64,000 bases of DNA from Fimbriosthenelais zetlandica (lineage: Eukaryota). The position numbers and the translations under genes were made by a program. Shown one piece after another: positions 24,887 through 40,800 of the stretch (within the stretch, counting starts at the first letter, position 1; every line of letters begins with the position of its first letter). The notes beneath the pieces were generated by a model. The model worked only from the letters and a program-made list of their open reading frames with translations, had not been told where the DNA came from and did no database searches. The DNA is taken from assembly GCA_977030845.1 (NCBI GenBank), contig OZ365112.1, positions 14,322,001 through 14,386,000 of the forward strand. Reading direction: 5' to 3'.

Positions 24887-27800
24887 TCCCCTTTCCTCTT
24901 TAAAGAGGTGTTATTCGTCGACTTGCCGAACCGTCTCTGATCTTGCGAAGTGTATGAAATATTTTCATCCACTACGCAAAACACTAGTATTCATGAAAAG
25001 ATTATTTTACAAGTGTACACCAACAAGTAAGTTTTACACCTGGTCACAATTTTTCCTCACATGGCCTGTTACCTCACCTTTTAAAAATCCATTTGACACG
25101 AAAGTCTCGTCGGAAATGGTAAAACACGAGCTAACCAAGTCGCCTTGAGAAGAGGTAAAAGAGAAGTTGGAGATACATCCCAGATTCAAGTAGTCCTTCC
25201 TCTTCAATTCACTGAGTTGAAATGTTTCATCCAGACCTTTCAGTCTGATACTAGCCCTGTCTAAACTACAACTCTATAATGTGTCTAGGAGGGGAACTGG
25301 GTCACTTCTAGTGTAGATGGTTGTTTTATTATCCCCTAAATGACTTTGACCTCGATATTTTGCAATAAATCAAGGGTAATGGTTGTGGGAGGTCAAATGG
25401 CGTGGTGGCGCACTCATTCGGCCGAGTCTAGGGAGTGATAGAGATATAAACTGTTAGTGGCGGGGGTGGGGGGAGATAGAGACCCATTTAGACCGGGGGT
25501 TAATGATGTCTATTTCTGGGGTATAATATTGGGGTGTATATATAGGGCAGTGGGGACATGGAGGCATAAAACAGCAGGGGGTTGTCACAAGACAACCTGG
25601 GATGGGGACATGTTGGGTGTGGGGTGTGGGTATGTGCTTATCACATGCTGGGGAAATATTGATTTGTAGAAACACTCTGCTGGGAGCTTGTGTTTGAGGT
25701 TAGTGTCTAAAATGAAATGAGCCGTCAGTTGATATTCCCCTTACATTTGCTTCCGAATGACTCGTGATTTAGTTGTAATATATGTTTTCTCGCACTGGTT
25801 AGTACATCCAGTAACACTCTTGATTTCCATGTTTGAAATATATTTCTAAAAGGAAGATGACGAATGGATTGCTAACTTATTTAGTTCACTCAAAGTTTTC
25901 TTGCCTATCTTTTTCATACATGTGGTATAGTCTTTTCATTGGAGTATGTGCTGGCTTCTGTAGTATGCATGTCGATTCTCTTACTTTTAACTTCTAATAT
26001 AGTGAACATCAGAATTAGGAATAGAACCTATGAACAACTTTAGGCCTTCCCTGAATTTAACGACGATATGATAGTAATATCTAGGATCTAAATATTTCTG
26101 ACGTCCATACAGTAAGTATATCAGGTTTTCAAAGACTGTTAAATCAACACAAAGGTATTCAACATTTCGTTGTTTATTCGCAATGGGATTTGACAAAAAA
26201 ATGGTCGAAAGAAACGCTCTAGTCAAACACAATACGATCCTAGATTAGACCCTATAGTGTTGTATTCTCCAATTTTTAATACACTTGTTCCCCTCACTCG
26301 GGGCCTGCCCGTGTTTACAACACTGACAAGGGACCGTACCTGTAGGTACAGCAGTTTTTTTAGCCTCTAGAGATAAAGAAGGCTGATTGATCGTGCTAAG
26401 TGCTAGAGGTTCCCCCAACGTTACGTCCTGACCTCAAAATAGTGCCAGAGTTCTACACGAGGTGGCAGGACCGAGACGGCCGCCATATTGTAGCGGTGGG
26501 CTCACTGGCCTATTTATGCATACTTCATCACCGGTTAAAAGCCTGTCATATCTATAAAGATTAACCCGAGAGGGAAGCAAATATAATATTTTTAAAGCTG
26601 ATATATAGTTGTTTTGAAGGTCATATGTATTATTTTGATGGTTAGCAAACATTGGTAAAATGAAATGGTGTTGTTTTAGGTTGGCAGTTGCTGCTGAACT
26701 GTCCCTGCCTTTGCGGCATCTTTGCCCAGGTTCATGTTCATCGCAGGGTTAGGATTCATCAAGAATGGAATTCTTGTGTTATTAATGGAAATTAGTAATT
26801 ACTCTAACTTATGTTTGGAGATTTGGTCAAAAATGTGTTTTCTATAAGCCTTTAAATGTGCACAGAAGTGGAGAATATTGATTTCTGCAGGATTCTGACA
26901 GACGCTCTATAGGTGTGGTAGCTTCATAACAAGGACATAGTGGGTTAAAATTTCACTCCAAGCCATTGTGAGTAAATATTTAAATATTTCCACCTTTCCA
27001 TACCAACTGGTCTTCCATTGATCCAATCAATTCTTTGACCAATTGTAAATTTCAGTGCAGACAGATAGTCATCACCTATTTTGTATACTGTCTCTTCTCC
27101 ATCCCTATAGCTCCTGTGCGCAACTTCCCTCTCCCCGCCTCCAAAGCAGTGGGGTCAAACCCTTGCAAAATTACTTTCCCTTGGAACTGGAGGCAAAATG
27201 ATAACAATTTGGGGGTGCATGTATTGGCTTGAAAGCCAGGGGGATTTACAGGCGGTTCTGGGTCCAATCTCCCCTTCAGTTATCAGAGTCTTGTGGGACT
27301 GAACATACAATAGGAGAGGGTTGGATGAAGAGGGGTAGAGTCACTGTCAGTATCTGCCACCAAAGGGGCTTATCTGGTCTCAACCAAAACGCACGTTTTT
27401 CTGACTCTATTAGTGACTGGTGGAAGGAGGAATTGAAGCCAGTTATTGGCCCCGCCAGGATTTCAACTCGTCTGGCCACCAAACAATAGCTTGCTTGGCA
27501 GATTGTGGTAAAAAGGGAAAATAATTGAGGAAGAATAGTAGATTGAATGGATGGGACCTTATCAAAAATCAAAGGCAAAGGGAATATGAGAATGATATGG
27601 TATAATAGGAAGTCGAATGGAATACGATAGGACTGTGGCAAAATACAAGGATGTGTCGATTAAAAATTGAAAATTTGAGCGATATAATTTGACTGAAAAG
27701 AATTACAGATTTCATATGCTTACAAAAGCAAGGGAAGGCGACAGTGACCTATGCCTTTCACCTCATCCACACATTGTATTGTGTGGGAAATATATTGCCT

Positions 27801-28716
27801 ATCTGACACTCGGACCGTTTTTATCTCTTCGGGAAATCACAATTTTAATCAGTATTATGACGCGCAGCCTCTTCCTCCCCTTCTCCAAATTCTCTCCCTT
27901 GTCAAGATGGCGAGCCTGGTTCTTTCTCTGCCAGAGCTGACAGGACAAAAAACTCACTGACGGCTTGGTATTGACACAAATTCAATTCATTGTGTTCCCC
28001 CATCTCAGCTGATCCAGGCCCGTAGTATGATATTAAATTGCTTCCCATCGCCCTAATGTATTTGCAACACTATACCTCTGTTGATGCAATATGAACCCAC
28101 ATCATATATTGTGATCCATCACTATTCTATCTTTCGAATCATTGGACCCTTTTGTTTCTATTGATATTTTTTCTAAAAAGAAAATAGACATTAGAATTGA
28201 ATGGAGAAGTTTATGGACCTTCAGAATAGAGGACAAATTTTGTCTATGATATAAATTCGCTTTTAATATCATGGTATTTTCTGATCTTTTTTAAGGAAAT
28301 ATTTTTGTCTTATTATTTGAATGTATAAGGCGTCTATAGAAATTTATTTCAGTAATTAAAAGGTAGAGATTAGTTGGATTATTGATGAAATGGTGAAGGA
28401 ATAAATAGCAGGCTGATACAGAGTGATTTAGTTAGGTTTGGCTGAGTAAATTCTCAGTGTGGTTTGGTGGAGAGGTGGACCTATTTGAAGAGTTGATAGA
28501 ATGCCTGCAACTAGCCCGGTGGAGGTGTGAATGTTTAATGTTGTGGGAATGCTCCTACCAAGTCCTTCATTAGGTTATATCTGCTCCTCCAGGGTGCCTC
28601 CATGGTTACCATGCCCTCCATCCACTACTGTAACACACACATTCACCCACACACACACTCAGCAAACACACGCACACTCTCTCCTTCCAGACCAAGTCCA
28701 TTAAGTTATATTTCCT

Positions 28717-28734
28717 CCCCCCCCCCCCCCCCCC
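28717..28734. repeat. Poly-C homopolymer (18 nt)
   Basis: 18 consecutive C inside a C/A-rich low-complexity patch (about 28600-28790). Confidence 0.95.
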
Positions 28735-31700
28735 TCCATCCCCTCCTCCAGTCATTCCGTCTCACTGTACCTTTGCAGTTGGCTTCCAGCCAGTCTTTAA
28801 TAAATCAATAACTGAGAGGAGACTAATATCAATTTCTGAATGACTTCCAACTCTATGCACTATAACCACCCATATCAGCCCCTTCTTCTCCTGCTCCTGC
28901 TAAACCCATGCCTCTTTCTTGCCCTTCCCCTTCTTCCCTTCCTGCTGCTCCTCCCCCTCTCTCCCTACTTTCAGAATGCTTTTAGGCAAATGATGGTTTT
29001 ACGGTGTAAAATTGGCGAGCTGCCTTCGAAGAAATCCATGTGATTTTGAAGCACTAACGGAGTACTGCATGCAATGGGTCATAAAATATAGAGACCTCTA
29101 TTACATTGACAGCCTCTCCTCCCCCTAGCCATGTTAGTTTTCAAATTCTAACTTTTATTCTTGTGGAGACACTAGATTGTCCTAACATTTAACCATTGGG
29201 TTAAGTAATAGATAATGGGTCAATTGCAATGGTGGTCAATTGCCATTTAAAGGTTGAAATTATTCCATGGAAAATATAAACCCCCTTTACATACCAGCAG
29301 TCACTTCACTTCTAGAAGAGGTTAATAAGAATATCTTTGGTTTCATGATTTAGGCTCATTCTTCATTGATATCATTTGAATCTTAGATTGATATTCTGAT
29401 CCCTGGTCCCTTGCATAGATATAGTTGTCAGTCGGCATTCATAAACATTGATATATTGAGGAACATTGAAAAAGAAGGAAATATATAAGGGCTTAATACC
29501 TCAGAATAACTCCGCCAGTAATAATATGGATCCATTTTTGTCCACAAATACACGGCCATTCTCTATAGGCTATCGCCTACGTCCTGCAATAACAGTCTTG
29601 TGTGAAGCCTCGAGATTGGGCGAGAAGAAAAAAGTGGCACAAAATCGATGCTTGAAATTGCAGTCATCCCCGAGCATTGGCCCGGGGAATGGTCGCCGGC
29701 CAGAGCGGCTGTACGGACGGCTAGAGCGGTGAGTGACGGGCGGGCAGAACGGGCAAAACAGGACCCAACACCTTCTGAATATTTTTATGACAAATAATTA
29801 TTAAAACCATCACTTGCTATCATGGGAATGATCTTTAATTTTACATGTGAACGCCCATCTGATGAAGATGTTGATTTGTGGGCTAGAAGTGGGGTGGGAT
29901 GGGACGTGGAGGAAGAACCACCCCCCTTAGGGGTTATACCCCCTAGCCCACATCTATACCTCCCCCTCCAGTTTCTCTAACCCTCTAGGGAGGGTGACTA
30001 GTTCAGTACTCCTTTGCCAACCCCAAATAACCCCCATTTGAAATCCCTACCCTTCAATATTATCCATCCACTCCCGCAGAGTTCATTGATTTTTTTCGCT
30101 CTCGACCTTGCGACCAAATGGCGTGATATGTGGGCGAAGAAAATGTCGCTGTCTTTCTCCCAGAAGGCGATGAGAGACAAATCAAGCTTGTCTTTTAACC
30201 CTAGGAAGATGCACCCTTGGAGAAACCCAGGGGTATAAGGACATTCCTCCCTCTAACCCCCTCCACCCCTCGACTCAGTCTCATGATAGTAGGGGCATGA
30301 GGCAAAAGCTCTTCCTTTTATCCACAATAATCATTCCCTCATCTCCATTGATCGCTTAATCTCTCTCAGAGAGGCCCTTTCCCCCTGTGACCCCACCCTC
30401 CCCGCCCTCACCCCCTTACTCTCCCCAACACCCCGAGTCCATTTACCCCTAACCCGCCAACATCCCGTCCAAAATATCTGACAAATCCGCGGCTTACAAT
30501 AGCAAAACCTGCTTAATATGCTCCATCACAATACCCTACCCTTCATCCCCTACTCCTCTAGTCACAAACCTCCATCTTCCTTGGCTTACTGTCTAATATT
30601 TCGTTTCAATCTTCGCTCAGATTCCCCGCAGATTCCTTGCCCTACATTTCCTATTCCAATCGCTCCGCCATATTATACCTTTTCAGACCCAGCCATTTTT
30701 ACGATTTGTTTTGGCGCCGTCCACTCGACCTCTCTTCACTCTTTTCCCCACTGCCCTACTTTGTAGCTAAAAGCTACCACTATCAGCTGATTCTTCTACT
30801 ATAGTACTAGTAGGTCGGGATGTTAAGTGGTGTGACCCATCCGAATGATATATTATGACGAATGCCCTTCCCTCCCACAGGCCTTCCCCTTCCTTCTAAC
30901 CTAGAGCTTTCTGTACCTCCTGCCTATGGGACCCTGAATGCTATAGAACCCTACCATTGGACTTCAGAAGGCAGAGTTGTTAACAGTAACACCTTCATTA
31001 AGCAGTATTATCTTTTTATATTCGTGTCACATTTTCCTCCTCAATTAAGGAGCACCAGTGTATTGATGTTCCATGAAGTTCCCTTATTATACAGGCACTT
31101 AAAATGAGCAAACAATCATTAGAGGTGAATAGTATCTTTTAATAATTTTATTTTAATAACTATAATTGTTAACATTTGCACGAGAAATTTTACATCGGGA
31201 TAATGTATGACCTTGCCCAAATAAGGACAACCTGGAGTGAGAGGAGGAGAGTGTTATTTAGGCCTGGTGAGAAATTTACCCACAGCTTGGCCTCTAAAGG
31301 TGGATCTTGTATAGGGCTGTGTGACTGTCACTTCCACTCTGTGTTACTGTCTGTGTTTGCCCTCCATTTGCCAGGCTTTCTATATAGAGAAGGGGAGGAG
31401 GGGGAAGGGGGAGGTGAGGGGTGGTGGTGTGAAGGGGGAGGAGGAAGGTCGAGGGAGGCTTTAGCCACATGTATAGAACCTTTATCAGGGATGGATCCAA
31501 GGCAAATTTCTCCCACATGATTCAAACAGACTGGTAGATTCTAGTGGTGTAGGGTAACCCTACACTGTGAAATAAATATCCTCACATTTTTCACATTACT
31601 AAATCTTATCTGTGCAAATACATATTAATTATTCAACCCTTTAACAGTGTTTTTAAATTATCGATATATACATATGATAATGTTCTTAAATTCGTAGAAG

Positions 31701-34700
31701 CTTCTTCTTGTTGTTCTTCATTTTATTTTCCTTCCATGGGTAATTATGAAGGACGTATTTTCTCCATGCCTGACGGATCATAAGAGTTTCTCATGCCATG
31801 AGGAGAGATAAAGATTGAAACTGATTGATTTTACAGATATTCAGACTCATTCAGGATATCTTAACTCTTATGACCTCAGTTGACCTTTATTGGGTCACAA
31901 GTTCAGCCTAGGGAGTACCTTCTAGAAAATATATAAGTGGAAAACATGAAAAGCTTTAATACCATGAGTTCTAATATTGTATTATGCAAGCCTTCTTCCT
32001 TTCAATTTATTCGTTCATGGCTCCATTTCGGTATGGCTTGGCTTGGCTTTGCTTTGGCAGGTTTTCATTTCGCCAGCCACAATCCTTATATTGGATCTTC
32101 CATTATAAGCGGACGCTGGGAAGGCGTTCCCATGACCTTGGCTTGACTCCTGGGTTACAATATCATAACAAAACCGCCTTTCATCCAAGATCTCCTTCCC
32201 CCATCTCTCTCTTCTCCCTTCTCTCTTTCCAACCCGCTCTTGCTCAATGCCCTGCACGCCTTGCCATAGACTTATGCCAAAATGGCGCCAAACCTGCCCC
32301 TCTTTGTCTCTCTTTCATCTGTGTCCCCACTTATTTCTTCATGTATAAACGCCTAACATCAATGGCCTCCTAGCTCACCTTAACCCTCATGCCCCAAATA
32401 TTGCAATAACTCTCGCCCTGGCGATAAATTCGATAGAGAGCCAAGTGCTCTTAAGTGTGTGGCTGGGCTTGGGAGAGAGAGTGCCAATGTGTCTTCTTTG
32501 TTCGAATGGCGCGCTTGCAGTAGCGGTCGTTGGGAGAAAAGGAGGTTAGAAAATTGAAGTCTGGCCCATTGGCAATTGATCAGCTGATGCAGTCCTCCAG
32601 TGCATCCATTGGGGATCAATCAGTCGTCGTGTACACACACTCTTCACCAAGAGAACCCTAGTTAAACACCAGGAAAACCTCACCTTCATGTGTACATACC
32701 CCATCGTGTGGCAGTGGGGAAGAAGGGGGATGCCCTTTTCCTTCGTATGTACACTCATTTGTCTCTCAAGGTTAGGGTACCACACCTGTCTTACTCCTTT
32801 CAAATCTGTAGTCATTACTTGACACATTTTCTGTGCATGTTGTAAATGCTAATATTGATAAAGTCAATATCTATGTGCCTATAGCTGTATGTAGTTATTC
32901 ATACATAATCATAGCTTTATATATCCCATTTGGTTAAAGTGTGGACGGGTCTTTTAATTTGAGGCCCTGATATGCGTGTCTGCATAGAGGATTGATTAGA
33001 TTGTAATGTGCTCTGCTCTCTAAATAGCACATACATAAATCATCTCCTTAATTTCTAACTGGGTCATGCCTTAGCAGGTGCCCATTTGGCGGTTGTTCTC
33101 TACCACCGATAGTTCCCTATCACACATACACAAAGAGTGTCGGAGGACAGAAGGGTCGTGCATGCACATGGGTATGTATTGCGGCTTATTTTTCACGTAC
33201 AAGCCTGGAGGGATTATTTGTATTTAGAGATATATATGAAGAAATAAGAAGTAGGTCATGATATAGCTGGAGGGTGTGATTGGAGACCTGAGGCGCATGT
33301 GACTGACTAGTATATATACATTGGAATGAATGGAGGCTGGCGCCAATCTTTGTTCGTGTTTACGTTGAAGCCATTGCTGAGTTGGCTTCCATGTGTATGG
33401 TCTATGTCAATGTCGTACTTGTGAAATTTTCCCTTGTTGATTTACTCCACCAGAAACTTGCATTATTTTCCCGATCCTTATAGATTTCTTAGTTTCACAA
33501 TTAGGTGTTGGAATTGTAAATTTCCGTTGGAAATACAAACCTTCGCTTCTTTAGATTATTTTTGTTTCGTATTTGGTGCTAGATTTGTGTGAATTTAGTT
33601 CAGTTTATTTGGATCATACGGTAAATGCCTAAATGATTCCACTGATGCCACTGAAGAGTATCAGAAAGCGATGTAAACTGATAGAATTCGCACACCTTAT
33701 CATCATTCTGAATCAGTCGGGATTACAGGGGGAAAGATTGGCTCCACGCCGCAAGGGGCTTCAGTGCAGAACTAAACTGGATTTCTTCAAGCGAAATTCC
33801 AAGCCTAAAATCGGGCGTAGGGTTTTGATTAGTTCGCTATGATTCATTGCATTTCAATTGTTTTCCTAAAGATCGGGCCGTTCCCAAGCCCCTGAGCGTG
33901 ACTAATATCTCCCCTCTATCAGGTCTGGGAAATTTCTGCTGATTTTGCTCCAGATGTGGATCGGGAGGAGGTCCGCCCCTTCTCCCACCCCCACTAACCC
34001 AAGTTCATTTTCCCCTTTTTGCCCACCACCCCCTGGGTTGTGTGTGTGTCTGTGAGGTGGGGGTATAGTGGTGTTGTGTCTAAGTGCATTGCATTCCTTT
34101 TGGGTTTGGAGATCAACAAGGGATGGCTGGTTAGTTGGCTGAAGTGGTGGCGGCGCCCTGAAGTAATTAAGATTAGGGCTGTTTTGATTAATAAATGGAG
34201 TGGCAGAAGGGGGGAGAGGGGCGGACTATGTTAAGGGTATTGGTTCATGCAATCAGGGATCAAATACCCCGTCACGGTTCACTGAAGCAAGGGTGGATGC
34301 CAAATGTGACCAGAAAGCAGGAGGGGGTCAGCAACCCCACTCTGCATGAGGGAAGTTGTCCTATAGATAGTTCTCCAAAGTTTCCCTCATAATTCCAAGC
34401 AATTTCCAACACATTTCCTTGCTGTTCAGCGTTGTTCAGATATGCCTTTCCTTTGTTAACCCATCCAAGTTGGTTTATTTTTGACTCTTAATTAATCTAT
34501 TCTCCCACAATTCTCTAATTACTCGATTCATCTACATGGCATTTTTATTATATCTGGGTTTATGAAATGTTAAAAAAAACTACACAGCGTCGCGTGGAGG
34601 ACGTGGACGGTTTTTACTACTCTCTGGAGGGAAGTCTTTTTTCGGCTGGCGGTGTTTTTGCAGCTCCAGCCCATTCCGGTAACCCTGTAGAAACGAGTCC

Positions 34701-34811
34701 TAGTGTAGATATGAAACTCACAAACCCGCGTCTACAGGTTCATTGCGAATGGCGCCATTCAGCGAACAACTCTCTTTTTTACAGCTATCAAGCGTCTTGT
34801 GTGTTCACAAC

Positions 34812-34851
34812 CTTCTAGGATCAACTCATATCTTCCTGGATCAACTCGTAC
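34812..34851. repeat. Diverged tandem duplication, 2 x 20 bp
   Basis: cttctaggatcaactcatat / cttcctggatcaactcgtac, 16/20 identical; 3 of the 4 differences are transitions. Confidence 0.6.
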
Positions 34852-37800
34852 TTTACTCTGTGAAATAGTCACATTTTATGTCACTGGAAGAAGGAAAGCA
34901 TCTATTACTGTTAGAAACTTCTGCGTGTTTAGGCATTTTAATTGGAAATCTAGGCTCTTTATTTCGGCCAATAGTCTCATGTTTGTTCGTCTTGAAAGAG
35001 TGCATGGGTAGAATTCGAAATGAGTTTCAGATATTTGTTCTTACATTTCATATGGGAGAAACGAAATTGGCCTTGATTCTAGGCCTCTTTGAGCATGATA
35101 TGAATCATAAAATAAAAAGAAAATCAGGAAAAAGTGGAGACCAATCTCTCCTTCTGTGAGCATACTCCAGGCGATCTCTTGCTTTGATGTTCAGGACGGA
35201 CCATCAACCGCCTCCTTCTCATCCATCTTTTCGTCACGTGACCCGTCTACGAGATCTCGCCCAATTTCGCCAGTCTTGCGCGGCTTCTCGTGGAATATCG
35301 TCATGTCTCGGCTAATATCACGTGGGTGGGAGAAGCAGGAGTGAGGTGGGAAGGGGGAATCGGGTACTGTTTTCAATCCATCTTATTTCGTTTTCTCTCT
35401 CGTTCTCTGTCTCCCGACTGGAGAATGATAGAAGCGAAGTGGATGCGGCCTTGTGCCTCGGTAATGTAATATTGTCATTGACATGGCCAATGTTTGCTGG
35501 TCAAATATTGTGCTGTGTAAAGCCAATGTCCATTTGTTCAGGCAAACAAGGTTCATCTCCCCTCCTATACCGACAAAAATATGTTTTCATGTGTGCCATT
35601 TGGTTTCTGTTTAACGTTACGACTGTGGGACTGCATTCTGCATGTTGGCTTCAGTAACCTGTAAGATAAATGAAAATAGCAAATAATAGGATATGTTGAC
35701 TGAGCTCTAGTGTACATCAGCTTGACACCTTTTGATATTTTTAAAACTTTAATTAAATCCTAATAGCATCTGGTTTCTATGGTATCTGTATAGAGAACTG
35801 CCGGAGTTGAATTGTTAAAATTGATAGTGAATGTCTTAATGATTTTGCTCCTTAACGTGGAACCTGATCTACTTATCCAAGTGTCTCTTTACCTCCATTG
35901 TGCCGATATTATTTAATATTTTCTAATGGTTGAGGTCCAGACTAAATGCCGTAATAAGAGTCGTGTTTCAAAACTTATGGTATAACTATTTAACAATAGA
36001 GGGAGAAGTGTGAATAGCGCCTCCAGTAGCTCAAAGTAATTGATGCTATCGCTGTTTCTAATCTCTGACTTTGAAAACAACCATCTCACATTCTTTCGGA
36101 CCTGGGAACGGTCCAAATGACCACTGGTCATCTACATATTACATAACCCGGTTAGCGACCAATGGAAGGCATTGGTTTACATAACAAAGACTCGGCGACT
36201 TCCCCTTATCAGTCCTTTCAACTAACTTCCCATTTAATTCTGACCCTTTCATGCCGTGTCTATTCAGAAGCTTTGTGTTGAATCTTTTCTTTGGTTGAAT
36301 AGATTCCTGTTCATCTGTCACCATAAAATTCAGCCAAGTGTGGCGTGTAACAGTACAAGGATACTGAAGATAGGAAGCTAACAACCCCGACCCCTCCCCC
36401 AACCCCCACACTTTTCAAGCTTTGATTTGATGTCCATGCGGGTAAAATGGGGGTAGGGAGGGGGTCTGGAGTTTGATTTGATACCAACTGGACATCCGAT
36501 TTGAGTGGTTCCACCCCACTCATTCACCCCTTGCCTCCACATCTTCATTGGGTGACTCTGTGCTTCCCCTATTGAGTCATTGTATGAATAATACTGGAGG
36601 ACAAGTTTTGACAGGGACCTTGGCTGGCGTCCCAGTATACTGTTTAAATCACCACAGTCAGGGGACAACACGTTCAGCGCTGCTAAAACGCCAACAGAAA
36701 CAATTGAAACACTGCCAAACCTTCCACCATAGCTCCCACACTGCACCTCCCTGCAGTCAGACTGCCTAACGCCCATACCAACCAACAGGTAGGTTATTTC
36801 TCAACCTACATAATAACCCCGGATTAATGGGTATTCTAGGGAGTAGACATTAATGCACCTATCATTTAGAGGGTATGAATGGGGTGAACGTGCGTCCGCA
36901 ATGACCTCTCACCCCGGCGTCTGTTTCGTCACCACTTCCGCGAGGTCATCACGAGCACATAAATTATTTCATTAACGAATACTGGGCTGCATTCACTCGT
37001 TGAGGCACGAGTACTGGCGAATCAGATAGTACATAAATGTGGTTTTTACTAGTGGGAAGGTATTCAGGATTCATGGGAAAAAAGTGTCTCGTTAAAAGAT
37101 TGGTTTTGAGGGAGGAAATACACGCAGTCCTCGCAGGCAACTTTCGTGACCTGTGTACTCTGGAATGTTTTGCGAAATAATTAACGAATTTTTAACATAA
37201 TTTTCTTTTTTCACCTCAGAATTCCTCATACTTTCCTTAACAAGTAGAGATAACTAATGTCTACTGCACACACATCCCTCATTTCTCATTTTCTTTTTGT
37301 AAAAATCAATGAAAGTGTTTTCACATAGGTTTAACCAGCGGGCCAATTGGGGGTGGGCCCGGGGCGTCTCCTCCAATGAGATTATAGCATATTTTCGCTG
37401 ACATAATCGGCCTGTAGATCATATTAATTCCAAACAGCTGATACAAAATCAACACCAATATATCCTCTGGTGTCAACCCCGTGTATATGATCGGCAGTTA
37501 AAAAGGTTAATCAACGTGAAGATAGGATCTCGATTACTTGTTTTGGCTGCTCTCAGTGAGTGGCAATCTACTATGGGCATCGCTCATGTATCAGCTTTGT
37601 CCTTATGACAGCTGTTTATCAATGTTATTTCCCCTCTCACCAGAAAATGCTGGCGGTTTCTGTGATTAGGGAACATATTCTCACATAGTCACATTTATGA
37701 AACATCCCTTTCTTTCCGATGGGAACTGAAGGTTTGGGGTGGACGATGATGGATGGGAGGAATTTTATTTAGGCTATCAGCCCTTCTTCCCTTCGTCCTC

Positions 37801-40800
37801 TACCACCACTGCCGCCACTACACTCACTTAGTCTTAGATTTAGGTAAATCATCTATCCAAATATCCACCCTTAGATATCAAGCATCGATTGTATTGGGTG
37901 TATGATGTACATTGATATATCGAAGTTCATATTTTAAACATGGGAAAACTGCACTGCTATGGCTATACCCCTGGTTCTCCTATCATTATGCTTGGGATTT
38001 CGTATACCAATTAAACCATAATAGTTTTCGACGGAATTGTATAATTATCAGCATCAGAATGTGTATGTATTCAACCCATTTAGGATAAATGGGTTCACTT
38101 GTCAATACACATACGGTGATATTGATTATATTCTATGCAAATAGGCTAACATGTTTGTTTGTATATGGGCCTGTATGCTGCTCTGTGCCTATAAATCGCA
38201 TCATCCCTGTGTTATAGACAAAGTTACTTGGCAGTAAGGGGGGCTTCCAGCCTTACTTTGTAGAAGTGGCCTAGCTTTTATGAACTAATGCTTACGTTGG
38301 CCTTCTGTTTGGCCCTATCGCATGTTATGCCATGCCTTGTGCGTGTACATTTCAAGTGCATCCATTTCCCGAATATACCAGCACAGAGATGGGCCTTTTA
38401 GGGAGGAGGCCGAGAGCCCAATATGGTAAGTGCATTTAAGAGTAGCTCACTGAGAATGACCCTCTAGGTTTTGCTCAGTCGGCTGGCCCATTTGGGCTTA
38501 TAAAATTTTCACTTACATGTCATTCATAATAAAGCATAGAGGCGAGTCGGTCCCGAGCGGCTCGCGACTCGTTCCTGCCACTCCTGTCACAGTTCTGCTC
38601 CCTAGGACCCCGGAAGATATCATGAAATTTTAACGAGCGCGAAAAAATATTTTCCCCCAGCCAACTTTGTGATTTCGTTTGACGTTTATTGAATAATGAT
38701 GGAATTAACAGGGAAAAAAGGCCTAGGAGAAAGGAAGAAAATGATGGAGCTGAAGTTAAGTGTTCTTTTCGCCTGGAGGTGGGTGTGTGTACTTTGTGCA
38801 CATGGTGGGGACTGCAATCCCCCCACCTCCACATCTCTCTCCTTCCTCCTACCTGCCACCACACTGGTTCAGCTGTGTATTGGTAGCTTTAATGGGAAAT
38901 ATTCGACTATTATACCACTTATATTCCCATAATATATACCAAAAATGGGAGGGAATCCTTATAATAATGCACATGTATACCCGTAAGTGACCCAAGGCAT
39001 ATGCTTCTTTCAGTCCGCATACATGTGCTCATTTCTGTAAAATGCTCCGTGTCCCTTATATAGATACAACTTGATGCCTCCACCCCAGCTCAACCTTGTA
39101 TACATGTACTCTTCTCCCTTCCCTTTCCTCTCCCCTCCTCCTCATCCTCTCTTCCCCTTTCTGCTGGCTACCTGCAAGAAAACAAAACCTAATTTGATTT
39201 TGTTCTCTTGTCACAGAGCGCCGTGTGTGGATGATGTATGAGCAGGGCCGCTTGCTTTCAGCAATCATTTTTCCATTAAAGCTGCGGTACGGACATGCAT
39301 TAAAAACACGGGCTGTAATAATCCTTACCACAACCTTTCACAAGCCGCCCCCACCCCCCTCCTTTACCAACCATCCTCTATCCTCGCCACAATTTAAGAA
39401 AATTAACGAAGTCTTGGGCTTTTAAAGTCTCGCCAGTTGCATCTAATGCTCGATGCCTCTCTACAGAAATTTCCCTTCTAATTGATCATAATTCTCGGAT
39501 CCCTAACCTTCAGGATGTCCTCAACCCTCAAACCAGGACTTGCTGAGCCCCCGCTCCCTCCATTCACCAACTCTACTTCCAGGACCTCAGCATAGAATAT
39601 AACTTACTTTGCTCAACAAATTCCTTGTGATTCTTTAAAATTTCATTTGATTCACTTTGGATCAAGGGAATCAGTTTCAAACCATTCAAATTCTTGCTGT
39701 TGTAATCTTAATTTATAATTTATGCCAATGTACCGTCCACAAATTAGGTCCTGCTACAGTTAAGGGTAGGGGGTTCAACTTTTATTACGGTGTGGCGACC
39801 GAAGTGATGGAAGTATAAACGGTGGAGTCCAGCATTGCTTAACATGGGATTTTCCACTGGAATTACTTTTTGAATAGGTTTGGATAATGATGTGCATTGC
39901 TGCCAAATGGACTGGCATGGGGTATAGAGCATGAGGCCTGGGCCGAGCTGCTGCTGTTGCTAATACTAAAGCTAGACAGAGGCAGGGTGTAATCAACATG
40001 AACTGTCCTGGATGCCAATCAACGTCAAGCCTTCAGCCCTGCCCGGCCAAGCTCTACTCCAGAACAGCTGCCAGACATGGCCACAAAACACCCACCCAAC
40101 AACTAAATCTCCCTGCCTCTCCTTCTCCCTCTCCCCCCGAGGTTTCAGATTTAACGAAATCCAGAAACTGAGTTTCTAATAATACACAAACTCCTGATCA
40201 TTTCTACATTAGCGAACTCTAGGTTCAAAGTGGCTTATAAGTTGGATTTTGGTCAATGCCTTAGTTTCTGGAATGCACTCTGATACGTTTTGTATTTTAA
40301 ATGGCTTTTTATCATGTTGTGTGACCTTGTAAAGGTGAGCTTATGTGTGACCTTCACTGCATGCACAGGAAGCTTCATAAGAATTGAAATGAAAGAAGAA
40401 GTACATGTAGGCCTACTTGGATAATGAAGTTGAGCATATAGTCTATTTCTCGTCTGACCTTTTCTCTGAGAAACCCCATCGATTCCTGTCGAGAATTCCA
40501 GTCATATCGATATATATTTAGTCTGGTTTAGAGGGCATATACCATCACGAAATGATGAATCTCATGTCTGCCCTCGTAACGAAATAATAATTGATCCCTG
40601 CATGATTTTTTTCTTTATGCTACCCCAATGTACACACAATCAGCAAACCCAATTCTCCATGGCAGTCGTGGCAAGATAAAAATGAATTTTCAGGATATAA
40701 ACTTCGCAATATATCTGGGGAGAATATTAGAAGACACGAAGGGGAGCGTGTGGTATGGATTACAGACTGTGTTTTGAATGAAATCTAGCTCTCTCCATTT

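Noticed and set aside
25399-25413. ggcgtggtggcgcac, resembling the Alu/7SL 5' end
   Set aside because: The similarity stops after 15 nt, with no continuation into cctgtaatcccagc, no B box and no A-tail.
31547-31565. Short palindromes and hairpins (31547-31565, 16195-16208, 17519-17530, 57472-57494, 50390-50413)
   Set aside because: Arms of 6-9 bp are expected by chance in 64 kb, and none is followed by a U-tract or linked to a gene as a terminator.
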